64,000 nt of DNA. Origin: the human T2T-CHM13v2.0 reference genome, Homo sapiens. Each line of letters opens with the position of its first letter. Within the stretch, counting starts at the first letter, position 1. Under the pieces are notes generated by a model. The model was not told where the DNA came from, did no database searches, and worked only from the letters and a program-made list of their open reading frames with translations. Both the position numbers and the translations under genes were made by a program. Below, one piece after another: positions 41,166-57,095 of the stretch. The stretch lies in assembly GCF_009914755.1 (NCBI RefSeq), contig NC_060932.1. One strand, written 5' to 3'.

Positions 41166-43299
41166 GCTGTATGTTTCATATGTGGAATTGGGCCACTTAC
41201 ATCCAAATAATTTTTGAAGATTTTCTGTTTTTTTCCCTTAACTCTAAGTGCCAGAAGGACAGGATAGAATAGTGAATTTATTGCCTTATATCTACCTTGT
41301 AAAAAATGTTCTTTGGTAAAGAGTGACTTAGTGGTTATAGATAATATGCAAAAATTGATTTTTTAAAAGAATGTATTATGATGTGTAGTATTTAAACATA
41401 TGAAACTTAAAATCCTGAATTTTAATTAAAATGAAATATTTGTTGGAAATACAACACAAGTCATTACACTTTTTGAATTCCAAGCTCAATTGCAAATGTC
41501 CTTCATCTCTTATAATTTTAGACTCATTCTCAATTCTTCTTTATACGTGATTATTATAGTAGTTCCAGTTTTTCAAAGCCTACAAACATCAACAATAATC
41601 CTTATGGAAGAGATAAATCAATTTAACAAACTGTGTTAAAACAAAGAAATTCAAATATGTTTCTGTTTTACTGTGCGTTTTTAAGCTCTGCATTAGACAG
41701 TAATTATAATTCATCTTAAAACACTAGTCTCCACAACTGCATCCATTGTTTGTGCTTTTTAAGGATATAGAATTTCCACATGCTGATTATCTGTATACCA
41801 ATTACATATGTATTTCTCCAACTTTACATACTTTGACATTGAAACTCCACTAAAGGTAATTGCTGCCAAAATCCCAGATTATCTCTAGTACTGAAAAAAT
41901 AGTATTGAACTTTCTAAAATATGTAAACCTGAAAAAATACTATTTTGTACAAAATGCTTAGACATCTGTTTCACTTCTTAAGAAGAAAAGATACATATAT
42001 TGCTTCTTGGGAAAATGACAAATGAGGGAAAATTGCCCTACACATAAAGGCCAACAAAGTGTCAAGTACAACAAAGGTAAGAAGTATTTTAGTACCATCA
42101 GTGTAAAGAAATAGTGTGAGATTTTACTATTTGCTTACAGCTTTGCTCAGCTCAAGGAAGTAATTATATTCATTTAATAGAGGTTTTGAGTAGTAAATGT
42201 AATAGTACACATAAAATTCCTGCCATATAAATCCTCATCGAACAATACTGATTAGTAATGATTATAATTAGATGCAAAACTTCTGTTCTGATTTTAATGT
42301 AAATAACTATAAATGAGAATTTTCATAGATTTTATATTTGTAAAATGCAACCTACATTTTTGATACTGTAAAGTAAAATATAATATACAAATACATAGTA
42401 ATTAATGCCCTGCATTTGCAGTAGTTAGGAATGCTCAATGGATTTGCTTCCTAAATTAATGTAGTATTTTTTGTATATTTTGTCATTGACTCAGTTTTGT
42501 TAGACTCTAAGTTGACTTGAGACCTCTATTACTTCCCCACTGTGGAAGCAGCATTTATAAGAAATAATATGGTAGGAGTTAAATGTGATTAAATATGTCT
42601 GGCTTTGGAAATGCTATAAATTTAATTATTTTCTCTTAATGACTTTCATTGCAAATTAAAAGTTTGTTCATACAGAATATGGGTTGATCTTAGGACTTCC
42701 AGTTATTAGCTTGGCCTCATATGACTTTCTGAGCTTCTGTTTCTTTCAGCACCCCCAAGTGTAACTTAGCAGCTGTCTGTGAACAAAGAAAAATGATTCT
42801 TGGAGGTGCTGCTGGAAATTCTGGCAGTGGGATATGGAAAGCATCAGAATCCTTTTTGGAAAAGCAGGTATTTGAAAGTGACAGTTATTTCCAGACTAAA
42901 CCCTTGAAGAAAGATGATGAAGTCCACAATTTTTTACACTTTATGCCTTGAGATTTAGACAATCTTGTACCGCATGCTATACAACACACACTGCAAGTGA
43001 TAAGAGAAGTACTTCTTTTGCTCCACCTGTGATGTCACTTGATGACATCATCCGGTTGTGACAAACACTAAAGTTTGTGCACTGTGGTTATCAGATTCTC
43101 CCACCTTGGTCTCAGTTCCACTTGCCAGTTGTAGCACTCTGGCCCTGCTGTGGTATTCCAAACCATTACCTTTTACTTTAAACTCTTAATATGTCTCCCA
43201 TAGATAGATAGATCTATCAATAGTCAGACAAGCAGTTAATCTTTCCACTGACATATCTTATGTTGCTTCTAACCACAGTCTTTTGTCTCTCTTTTCTGT

Positions 43300-43682
43300 T
43301 ACAGCAAGCCTTATAAAAAGTATCCTCCTATTTTTTCCTCTATATTTTCTCCTAATTATCCCCATGCTACAGTAACACAGTTCTCAATTTTAGGAATTAC
43401 TTTGCCTGTCAAACTCAAGGACTACTTATTGCTTGACTTCTCTGACCTCCAAAACAACCAAAGCAACTTCTTGAAACTATCTTCATATTGTTGGGGTTGG
43501 CCTTCTCTTTCCCATACCCTTGAAGCCTCCTTAATGTGGGTATTGCCTAAGATTCTGCCTTCAGGCTTGTCTTCTACTCAGCCTGTGCATGCTTCCTGGT
43601 GATCTCACCCATATCTGAGGTGTCACTAGGTCAGTGACTTCCAAATATGTAGCTTTAGCTCACATTTAAGCTGCCACCAAAA

Positions 43683-43723
<41 letters not shown>

Positions 43724-44090
43724 CTCAAACTCAACATATCTGAAAGTGAATTTTGCAGCTTTCCTTCCAAATCAACTACTCTTTTTGCATTACACTTTTC
43801 CGTGGAAACCATCACCATCTATCCATTCCGCACGCTTAAGACCCAGGTGTCATCCTCGACTCTTGGGTACCTCCCACACCTAATTCTGCAGACGTTGTCT
43901 CTCTCCTCTCTTGTATCTGTCTCTATCCCTAGGTGCTTTTGCTTTCATAAGGGCTGTCATCATTTTTCCCTTTGAATTTACCATATTGGACTATGCCATG
44001 TCCATGACTTCCTTTCCATATGCTCTCTGCCTAGAGTGTCTTGTTACTCCATCTATATCCTTGACATTTTCCATTGTCCTTTGAAGAAGA
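43300..44090 (+). mobile_element. L2 LINE fragment containing (TA)n at ~43684-43721
   Basis: tcttgaaactatcttc, gtgacttccaaat, ctcaaactcaacatatc, gtcatcctcgactc. Confidence 0.7.
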
Positions 44091-44104
44091 TAATAACTAA
44101 GTTA

Positions 44105-44270
44105 CTGATTCTCAAAGTGTGGTCTCCAGACCAGCAGTAACAGCATTATCTGGGAACTTGTTAGAAAATTCTTAGGTACCATCCCAGACTTACCGAGTCA
44201 AAAACTCAGCATGAAGAACCAAGCAGTCTGTGTTTTAACAAGAATTCTGATGTACAGAATTCTGATGGCT
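44105..44270. mobile_element. MER5A (hAT-Charlie)
   Basis: ttctcaaagtgtggtc...ccagcag...ctgggaacttgttagaaa...tctgtgttttaacaag. Confidence 0.85.
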
Positions 44271-44275
44271 TAGGG

Positions 44276-44602
44276 CAGGATTTGGAAACCTTTTTCTGTT
44301 TGAGTCCATATAGCAAATATTTTAGGTTTTTAGGCCAAAAGGCAAATAAAAGGATACCATGTTGGTTCTTATATAATGAAACAGAAAGACAAATGTCCAC
44401 AAAATTTTTATTGATGAAATTCAAAACTTTATTTGTGGACATAGAAATTTGAATTTTATATAATATTCACATATCATGAAATATTAATCTTCTACTGTTT
44501 TAAAAACTATTTAAACATATAAAAACTACTCTTAGCTGATAGCTATACAAAAAAAGGCAGTGGTTGAGATTTGGCCCACAGGCTGTAGTTTGCCCACTCT
44601 TG
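44276..44602. mobile_element. MER58-family hAT element
   Basis: Ends caggatttggaaacc and gcccacaggctgtagtttgcccactcttg; aaatattttagg interior. Confidence 0.7.
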
Positions 44603-44802
44603 ACCTACCTTTAGCCATTGCTAGGTCCCACCAGTCTTCTGTTTATCAAAGCCTTGAACATCTTGTTTACTTTTTAGTCATTCGTTTATGTGTCCCTCTT
44701 CTTCACCACATCTTAATCTCCTTGAGGACAGCAATTACATTTTATTAATCTAAATGTCATCGACAAAATGTATAGTCCTTGGCTTAGTAAACATTTGTTC
44801 CC

Positions 44803-44900
44803 TGGGTGCAGCACACCAGCATGGCACATGTATACATAGGTAACAAACCTGCACATTGTGCACATGTACCCTAGAACTTACAGTGTAATTTAAAAAAAAT
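44803..44900 (+). mobile_element. Extremely 5'-truncated primate L1PA 3' end
   Basis: gggtgcagcacaccagcatggcacatgtatacata...gtgcacatgtaccctagaactta plus A tail; TSD tttg(t/c)tccct. Confidence 0.9.
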
Positions 44901-45369
44901 TTTGCTCCCTTGATACAGGAAAGAATGAATACATTGGAATGTATAGATTGCCATTTTTTTGTGAATCTTCCACCAATTTATTTGACATGTTTCTTAACCT
45001 TTAAATATTTGCTTTTGCTTGTAGAAGTTTGTTAGTTTGCTTGCTTGCTTGTTCCTGCCTTATAAATATCCATAGGTAGGAATTTATTTTATTTGATTCT
45101 CTTCCTCCTTTTAAGGATATCTCTACTTCCTCTCAGTCTTTAGTCCACATCAACTGCAAAACAGGAGGCTTTTATTGTGGGTGCCCTTTTTGTCAGTTAA
45201 CATTTCATCGTTTTTTTCTGAAGAAGAAGAAGAAGAAATGGATATTGACTGTTTGCCATGCTTGGAGTTTTAACTTAAGGTTATTCTTACTCTTGAAAAC
45301 CTGCTGCCACCAGTTTTACAGTTTCACTGAACTTCTTAATCACAGCCTATGTGTTTTTATCACACCACT

Positions 45370-46105
45370 ATTTTTGTTTAACTTTTTGTTTGGAAATAAT
45401 TTTAGGCTTACAGAAAAGTAGCAAAAATAGTACAGAGAGTTCCCATACTTTATACCCAGCTTCTTCTAATGTTATCATTTTACGTAGCCATATTAGGATT
45501 ACAAAAAAGCCGGGAATTAACATGGATACAATGCTATTAACTAAACTCCAGACTTTATTCAGATTTCTGAATTTTTTCTCCTATGAATGTCTTTCCCTAT
45601 TCTAAGATCTTCACAGTATTGCATTACATTTAGGTTTTGTATCTTTTTTACATTTATTTATTTATTTATATATTTATTTTAGAGGTGTAGGGGGAGTTCT
45701 CACTATGTTGTCCAGGCTGGGTCTTGAATTCCTGAGCTCAAGCAATTCCCGTGCCTTGGCCTCCCAAAGTGCTGGGATTATGGGCCTGAACCACCACGCC
45801 CAGCCAGCATTGGTGGTTCAGTGGTTTTGTATCTTCTTACCCCAATCTATAACAGTTCCTCAATCTTCCCTGTCTTTCAAGACACTTTTGGAGAGTGGTA
45901 CTCAAATATCTAGTAGACTGTCTCTAAATTTGGGTTTGTTTCTAATATTTTATCATGATTAGATTGAAGTTATGTGTTTGGGGCAAGAATAAAACAAAAA
46001 TAATATGCCTTTCCCAGTGCATCATGTCAGGAAGCAGACAATGTTCATAGATCTTATTCTGGTGAGGTTGAACTTAATCTCCTGGCTGAGGTGGTATCTA
46101 CAGGC
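45370..46105 (-). mobile_element. L1MC-type 3' region interrupted by a FLAM/AluJ monomer (~45645-45807)
   Basis: aaaaatagtacagagagttcccata, ctaaactccagactttattcagattt; Alu monomer ctatgttgtccaggctgg...ccaccacgcccagcc. Confidence 0.75.
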
Positions 46106-46120
46106 CCAGCATTTTATTTA

Positions 46121-46777
<657 letters not shown>

Positions 46778-47397
46778 TAAGTGACTCTTAAAGCATTCTG
46801 ATATCAAACCTAATCCTTAGTTGTAATCCAGTGTGACAGAAAAAGACCATTAAAAGCAAACAAACAAACAAAAAACAAATGCAAGAACAAAAACCTAAGC
46901 TTGAGTAACATGATATATGGTTTCAACAGTTAGCAAAGGCATTTTTTGGAATAAAAATAAAATAATTAAGCCAAAGTTTAAATAATAGGAATTTGGTATA
47001 ATTTATTGATTTAGACATATGGTGCTGAGAAAAATGGAAATTCTCTGCCCATATTTATCAAGGTGTATCAAGGTTTAAGCTGGACCCTTTATCTGTTCAT
47101 TCTCTGTTCACACTGAAAAAAACATATATTAAGAATTAGCTTTTTTACTTCATAATTGCAGAACACTTTGTTTCTCTTTTAGGTAGCTGGAGTGAAGGAA
47201 CGGATAAGATTATAAAGGCAGAAGCTTAGTGGTCGATAGACGGTAGTGAGAAGAACTTTGTGGGATGGAGCCATGTTTAGGAAATTGAGTGACAACTTTT
47301 AGTCTGCATTTCACTATTCCATATTGGAATACTGCGAGAGTAACAATGGCACTTTGAGTTTGAAGGTAAATTCAATAAATAAAATAATAATAATTTA

Positions 47398-47740
<343 letters not shown>

Positions 47741-48773
47741 TTATCTACTCACATATTGATATATAACATGTATGTAAGCTCTATATTCATAGCTTGTCAT
47801 AATGAAGTTGGTTATATTTAAGAAGAATTTTCAGTGGAATTTCTAATTGATTCTTTTTTAATTAATTTATTTAGACATGTGCTGATTGATCACCTACAAT
47901 GTGGCTAGTGTTGTGTCAGGTGCTATTTCCTCTAAGAAGGCAGAAAATATTTCATGGATAAGAATTAGGAACATCATCTGTCCAGTACACTTTATACAAT
48001 TTTCAGTTTAGCAATTATTTTGTAGTTTACTTAGTAGCTGTCTCCCCTTTGCTTTGAATCCTAAACCCCTCTCTTTTCATTTTTATATCCCAAGCATCTG
48101 CTCTTAGCACAGTTAAATCCCTGCAAAATAGCCGTAACTTGAGTTAAAAGGAGGGAGATGTGGAGGGAAGAGCATATGCAAAGATTCGATGCTATGAGAA
48201 AGCTCAGCATGTTTGGAAGCCTATAAGCAGTTCATTCCTGGTGGAGCTTGGTTGGGAGGATGGGCAGTGAAGTTGGAGAGATGGTCAGGGGAATGAATAA
48301 GAGGTGCCTTGCATGCTGTGCAAATGCATTTAGACTTGATCTGCACGTGATAAGAAGCCATTATGGCCAGCCTACTAATATCTGTCTCATGGGAGCTGCA
48401 TCACCATAATAAGAATAAAACCTGATTTTTGGATCCTTGCAGGCATTGGGGCAGGCAGTTAGTAACAGGATTGGAAGTGTGGAATATAAAGTGTAAGAAA
48501 AGAGACTTCTCCCCATTTCTGAGCACATAGCCAACTCCAGGAAACATTTAAAATAGGCATAGTTTGCCTCAGCCTCTTGTCCCCTCTTGCTCTCCCTTCC
48601 TCTCTCTGCTGGTGTTCCCCACCCTTAGCCCTTCCCTCCTGCCCTGACATCTGCCTGCTGCACAGGTAGGTACCACCTTACTCTTTTTTCTGCCACAATT
48701 CAGGCAATGCGACGTCAGTTTAAGGGCATCTCTTCTAGATTCCAGAAAAAAAAAAAAAGGGTGGAGCTGGGAG

Positions 48774-48974
48774 AGAAAAGGTGGAATGACTGATAGTCAC
48801 ATTCTAAGAATTTCCTTACTTTTCTAAAGAGGATACTTGTAATCCAAAACAAAACAAACAAACAAAAGAAACCTAGAAAAGGTGGAATGACTGATAGTCA
48901 CATTCTAAGAATTTCCTTACTTTTCTAAAGAGGATATTGTAATCTAAAACAAAATAAACAAACAAAAGAAACCT
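48774..48974. repeat. Head-to-tail tandem duplication, 101 + 100 bp
   Basis: Units 48774-48874 and 48875-48974 differ by one indel and two substitutions. Confidence 0.97.
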
Positions 48975-50648
48975 CATAGTCAGAGGAATTTCAGGCAGTG
49001 AGTGTAATAGATTGGAGTAAAATGTATCTGAACGTGAAGGAGGAAATTCTAAGGTTTTAATGGAAGGAGAGAAGATTCCATGGTCAGATTCCCAAGCTCT
49101 CTGTACTTTCCACAACTTTTCTTTCATATCCCACAGATACTCTAAACAGCTTAAAATTGAATCTGAAACACTCATTTTTTTTTCAACTCCTCACACCCTG
49201 TATAAATTTAACGATTATTTCCAGACCAAAATGATTGTTTTAGAGGAGACCCAGGAGTTTTTACTAATAGCAGTTGTTAAGAGCAGAAAGGAGCTTTTTG
49301 TAGGGGCAGAGGTGGAGGTTGGGGGAAGTTTGGAGCATGGGTGATTAGAAATGTAGGATTTGCAATGACAGGATTAGAGTCAAGGCTTCTTCAGAGCGAT
49401 CACATTCTTACATGGAACTTTCATAAATTAGGTTAAAAATAAAATGTAATCATTTGCAATTCCAAGGCACCAAATAATCTTGGATACGTTTTGTTTCGCA
49501 TTTTGGTGAAACAGTTACTTGTCTCCGTTATTGCAGAGAAGAATCAATTGGATTTGTCTAAAACTCTTCTATTCCAAATTATAATTTTCATAAGCTGTTT
49601 TCTGTACATTAGTGGCTAAATATTAAAAACTTCTGTTATACTGTGTGTTTATAATTGTGATAATTTAATGATTTCTCCTTTTATCATCCCTTTTGAACCC
49701 AATACATAGCATATTATTTATCCTACTGACTAGCATGCTAAATATTGGCATGAATAGAATATGACTTTAGAAATTATCGATACAATACTTTTTTTTAAAC
49801 GTAAGATAAGGAAATACCTTGCTTAAATTTGAGAATAAACAGAATAGTTGAATGTCAGTATAAACCAAACACTTAAGAAATTATTCTAAATAATGTAAGT
49901 GAATGGCATTTTTATATTTACAACTAAATGAGGTGTCATTTCTGGCCTGTATCCCTTCTGTGTATGTTATAATTTTTTCCAAGAACAGTTACATCTCTGA
50001 TGTTTGAAGAATCTTGACAGCTATTGAAAGTAAACAACTACACTGAGATTTTTATTCCTGAAAATAATAAAAAGAGACAGAACGTTAGGTTTTAAGAAGT
50101 GATAATATATGGGTTATTAGCTAAGTATATTGTAATGGAAATTTAATTGTATAGTATTGAAGAAAATACTATAATCAAAAAACATTCTGTCTAAACATAA
50201 ACCTATGTTGTTTTAAATTTTTTTGTCTTAAAAAAACCCATAGAAGTGTTTGCATCAATAAATAAAGATATTTTATGTGTGTACTTTAGTTAAAATAGTC
50301 CTTGAAATTCCAATTTAAAGAATCCTGATTCAGACGAAAGCTAAGGCAAATATGTAGATGTCTAGTACCTTAAAAAGACCATAAAGGTTATTGAAATTGA
50401 AAAACGTAAAGAAGAAAGATTTAGTCAAAATTAGTTAAGCATCTGTTTACTTCTATAATGATTTCAGGAGAAACAATTAATAAAAGCTCAAGATAAAGTG
50501 ATTTTTTAAATACAAATTATCAAATACAGACGTGTAAAGACAATTGTACTTATTGTCACTATAACAGTTCCAATTTGTAGTGCCCAACCCTTAGAGTTTT
50601 CCTATTTCTTTTGAAAGGTGTTCTGGTAAGAACATGTTTTGATTGTGA

Positions 50649-51275
<627 letters not shown>

Positions 51276-51849
51276 CTTCTTTTCTTTATGATAAGTTAGT
51301 AATGAATTTTTAATTGACTTTTATTCAGAATAAACTATATTATAAAGAATCTCCTATATCTCTTTGAAATTTTCAAACATATGTTAAACAGGTAAAATAA
51401 ACACAATGTTTTAATTCAACAGAACATTAATATATATTCTTTAGATGATTTCTGATTAATCACCATTTATGGAATTATACATCAAAGTTTACTGTATATA
51501 AAATAAATATACATTTTTACTTACATTAAGAACACAAAAGATGACATTAAATAAAAATTCAAGTAAAAGTAGATATGACAATAAAAGTATACACAAATTA
51601 GATGTTCAACTTTAAAGTAAGATGGTTCCTCAAAAGAGAAAGAGCAAGTGATATATTAAGAAACAATTACATATTGACTTGGAAAATTATTTTGAGGATA
51701 AGTTTTTTTTAAAATATATGAATTATTGAAGAAAGGTTCAGTTTATAATATGATAGAGTTGATTATACCCATTTTGAAAGCATGGGAAGTAAGGATAGAT
51801 TAGAAAAGAATATCAATTAAAAAACAGATGCAATCAAAATGTAGAAATT

Positions 51850-52400
51850 GAAGATAAGCATGCTACAGATATTGAGGGTTGAAACTGAAGAGTTACTAAT
51901 TAATACATGGGAGAACTTAAGGAGGTCAGGAAAAAAGTCACCATTTATGGGGAAAGTAGTGGCTATCCCTAAAAAAGAAAAGAAGGAGAAGAAGAAAAAA
52001 AGACGATCTTGGTAATTATAGACCAGTCAGCTTAGCTTTGATACCAAAGTAGATACTAGAGCAAATCGTCAAACAATCAATTTGCAATCATCTAGAAAAG
52101 CAAAAGTTAGTGGGTAGCAACCAACATGGTTTTGTGAAGAGCAAATTGTGCTAGGCCAATTTAATTTCCTTCTATGATAGAGTGACAGGCCATGTAGATA
52201 AGGGCAAAGTAATAGATGTAATCTATCCGGACTTCAGTAACGCTTTTGATTCCTCTCCACATGACATTCTCATCAACAAGCAAGGAGATATGGTCTAGAC
52301 CATACTTGGGTTAGGTGAGTGCACAGTTGTCTGTGGATTCATACTCCACGGTTGATTATCAGCTACTAGTCATCATCCACAGGGGCCATATCAATTGGCT
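51850..52400 (+). mobile_element. CR1/L3 LINE ORF2 (reverse transcriptase) fossil
   Basis: Manual translation from 52011: [88 protein letters not shown], matching CR1 RT motifs NYRPVSL, QHGF, NLISFYD and DFSKAFD. Confidence 0.92.
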
Positions 52401-54559
52401 TACGAGCAGGTGGTATCATTAATAAGACCAGTTATGTTTCTGTTGATGAAGATGGAATTGGACTGGTATAGAGGCATGTAGATAAGCCAAATCCCTTTTA
52501 TACCAAAAGGAGAGAGTCCAAGTTCCAGGAAATATTTAGCAGCATCTGGTGTCTTACGGGCACATCTAAAAGGTGACAGTCCAGAGACTGAATAACAAGC
52601 AAATAAAGCTATCAGTTTTACTAATTATTATTCAGTCTTAACTGTTGTTTCAAGGTGTGTAAGTGATATCAGGTAACTATTGGATTCTGAAAGGCCCCCT
52701 GGAAATAAATTATATTCATAAACTCTATAGAAACCACACATAAAGGGAGCAACTCGAAGAGGGTAGAAGAGGGCTTTTATATTAATCAGGAAGGAATGTT
52801 GATATGTAATGGTCCAGAAATAACTGAATGGAGCACCTTTATCCTGACCTAGATTGTAGATTTGAGAACATTTAGTTTACAGATCATATGCTGGTGAGCA
52901 ATAATAAAATTTGTTAACTATGTAGATAAGAATAAATTTCCAAACAATTTTGACATTTTGGGAAAATAGTCTATGGAAAAAAACAAGATAAAGACCATGG
53001 GAATGAGACAGATAAAAGATAGGAAAAAAGACTGGCCTGGCTCTATGCATTGGGAACAGACTCCAAAATATCAGTGAGCCACACTTGATATCTGTGAGCA
53101 GGGTTATGTGATATTATTAATGAACTAACCAGAGTGTGCCATGAAAGCTTAACATACTTTAAAGTATTTGTAGAGAGAAAATAATAAACACTATTAGCAC
53201 ATAGTTCCAAGCACCCTTAAGGAAGGTACTATTTACTCACATTGATAAAGTCTTATTTAAGCTATTTGACTAGAAAAGGTATGTGGTAGAGGAGGAAAAG
53301 TGTTTTTATTATAACTGACCCTAACAATGACCTAGAAAACAATTTGAAATGATTGAATGATGAACTTGATTCCTTGGCTTGCAGTAGAAGAATTTTAAGG
53401 TTTATTAATCACTGCAGTCGCTGCTGGTATCCATTCTGTTTTGTGGCATCATTTGAACCCCATGATTTCATGAATAACATTCCCCTGCAGATAGTTGGTT
53501 GGAGCTGCCCTTATTTTTTAAATGTTTGTATTCTGTGGCTTGTCAAGAAGTAAGGAACAGGGCTTTCTTAGAGATAACTCCCCTAGGATTAAATCCAAGG
53601 GAGTGGTTCTTAAACATTTTTCTTCCACAACTCCCTGAGAATTCCTGCCAAGAGCACTGCCCATTTCATCCCTCTTAATTGCATACAGGAAGACAGAAGA
53701 GGATATTATCATCTTGTCTTTATTTAGTCTAGGGGAACACAAGATTGCTCAGAGAATATGGTTGACTGAGAGTTGATAAGCAGCAGCAGGAGCAGAGGAG
53801 AAGTGGAAGAGGTTTTAAGATAGACAAATGCTGCCATCACCATTAACAAGTATGACAAACCTTGGCTCCATGTCCCTCACATGATTGGGAACTTCCTAGT
53901 GATGTGTCAAAAAATTACACTTCCTCAGTTTAAGAAACTCTTCAAAGAGAAATCGCAGAAGTGATGGCATCAGAACTTCAACAGCCTTCTTAAATTGGAT
54001 GTCATTAAATAAAGCAGGCCATCGCGCTTTTTTAGTTTGACTTCTGTGATAGATTTTCAGTTCCTAGCCTGCGTGAAAAAACACTGTAAGTTTAATAGAT
54101 GTGGCTATAACATGCAGACAATAAGGAATGTTGTGAAAATGCAAAGTTAGTTACTTCTTGAGGATCAATGTGTAGATTTAGCACGTTAACTTGTATTTCG
54201 CAACCATGTTCTGACACCGTATAATAATGATTTCTAATTAGAAATAGATGTGCTTATGTTAACATGCCTTGTTGAGTCCTGAGGCTTATTAAGTTTACTT
54301 GGGTTCCTAGGGAAGGGAAAAATTAAGAGAGAACAAGTTTAAAGTACCTAATTGTATTTCCCATAAATTATTGTGGGAATAGTATTTTCTTGTTGATGAA
54401 TTAGATAATCTACAATTACAATTTCAAAAAGAAAAAAGTATTAATAAGGAATGATTACCAGTTTTTTTCTGAAACAAACATATTTGACTATTCACAAAAA
54501 TGTCAGTCTAATTTGTATTATGAAAGGACCCCAGATTAGATTGCAAGGCACACAGAAAA

Positions 54560-54775
54560 TTACATGGGTTTGGAATACAGATGTAGGTGTGAATCCTGAC
54601 TCTTGACCACCATTACTTCAGTTCTCTGAGCCTTCGATTTTCAGCTGTAAAATGAAAGAAATTGTATCTACTCTGCAAGGTTAGCTGCTGTGAGAATTAA
54701 AAGATGTAATTTAAGGAGCAAACTTGGTATAATCAAAGTGCACACACAGTAGATCGTCTATAAATGGTTACTAGT
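54560..54775 (+). mobile_element. MIR SINE
   Basis: gtgaatcctgactc...ctctgagccttcgattttcagctgtaaaatg...tgtgagaattaaa. Confidence 0.72.
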
Positions 54776-56226
54776 ACTACTAGTAGTAATAGTATTAATA
54801 GCACTTTGTTACTGTAAAAAGACCAGCAATAGGAAGTTTAAGAACTGCAACTTTGAGTCACATTGATTTAGGTCTAGAGAAACACACACAGCACATAGGG
54901 GAATGCGTCAGTCATTTAGTTTATTTCTTCATTCATTCACTACATAGATACAAACTCAAAATAATGTTTGTCTTAGGACATTTTTAACTTACATGGGAAA
55001 ATAGCTCCCAAAGCAGCATATTAAAACATACTTTTTTTTTTCTGTTGACATTCTAATAAAGTCAGTAAAATAGAAATACAGTATTTGGCTTTTACTGTTT
55101 CTGTAATTAGTTAAATGCTATATTACCTCGCTAAAAACCATGTAAGAAAGATTCAAGTATTCTGCTACATTTCAAATATTATTACTACTCCTTTAAGAAA
55201 ATTCGTAATAGTTAAGCTAATGATTAATCACTGGTAATCAATGAGATATATATAGCCAATTTATACACAAAAGGCAATAAAATGCCATACCATAAATTCA
55301 TTTTATGGCTATTGTATAAAGAAATTTCAGTTTCAAATTCCAATAATGGTAAAATATGACATAAAATGTATGAAGAATATTTTAGCCTGTGTTTGATGGA
55401 AATATTTTATGGAGGAAAAATATATTGTAACTCTTTTTTTAACAATGATATTTTTAAAGCAGGAATAAATCTGTTTCCAAATCATACACAATGAAGAAGC
55501 AAAAACAGTGCCTTCCCCAAAGTCAAGTGTAAAGAAGCACTGTAAATATCATGAATAAATGTCACCTCCTCACAGTATTAATAAATAAGGAAATAAAGCA
55601 TGTCTCTTATCTTTTTTGGCATAATTTAAGATAGTTTATTATTTTGGAGCAGCAAGCAGTGAGCACTTGTTAGATACCATCATTTGGTCACAGATTTGTA
55701 AATATATCAATTCTGTGCTGAGAGAAGGATTATACTCAACCTACTCCACTGAAAATAATTACAGACATATTCATAAATGTTTTGAACATATGAATTTCAT
55801 CAAGTTTTCATCTACATACACATGCACAGAGTTTACTATTAGGAGTTATTTTCCAAGTGCTTTGTAACACTTGACTCTAAATTGTTTCATTTATCAGGTA
55901 GAATCTTCTAATTCAGATTATTTCTTAAAAATGAAATATAATATTTTAAAAATTACTTTGTATTTGAAACTTTTACTTTCCCAGCTAACCAACCTTGCTC
56001 AAAGATACCTTCCGTCGGGAACACAATATTTTGTTTTATTGTCTTATTGGTGTCAAAATGGAAATTTGGGAAATGACATTAAATAAAATTGCATTCATGG
56101 TGTTTTTTTACTTATAAGAAACATTATCTGCAAAAGATGTATTCACTTATTTTTCAGTAAGTATCGTATCTAAACTCGAAAAGAAATAAAATCATATACA
56201 TTAACAGGGTTGAAAGTAGATACCTT

Positions 56227-56674
<448 letters not shown>

Positions 56675-56889
56675 CTAAGATGAAAGAATATCTACCTGCA
56701 TTCGTATCTATGTCTTAACACGTGTCATGTGTCTCTCAATGCTGCAGACCACACAAATCAGAGACTAAGAGTGATCTCAGGTTAGGGGTGAGTACTTGTG
56801 TCTATCATTTAACAATGTGAGAATTTCTTCATGAATCCTTTTATTCAAACATGAAGAAATTATTATAGTTAGGCAATCTTACATATTGG

Positions 56890-57095
56890 GAAGGAACGTG
56901 GTGTTTGGTTCTATGTCTAGACTTTGCATGTAACCACCATAATGATTATGGGCAAGTCACTTAATCCAGTTGGGCCTCACTTTATTCATCAGAATGTTTT
57001 GGTAATATTACCTATCTCAAAGTGTTGCATGTGAAATTCAAATGTGAAAATACAAATGGCAACACATTATAAACTGTAAAGAGCAATATGAATGT
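56890..57095 (+). mobile_element. MIR SINE
   Basis: gggcaagtcacttaatcc...gggcctcactttattcatc...tattacctatctca. Confidence 0.7.

Noticed and set aside
48774-48974. Direct repeats (also 23790-23841 and 33814-33864) as a CRISPR-like array
   Set aside because: Only two adjacent copies each, no unique spacer series, no cas genes, and a primate context
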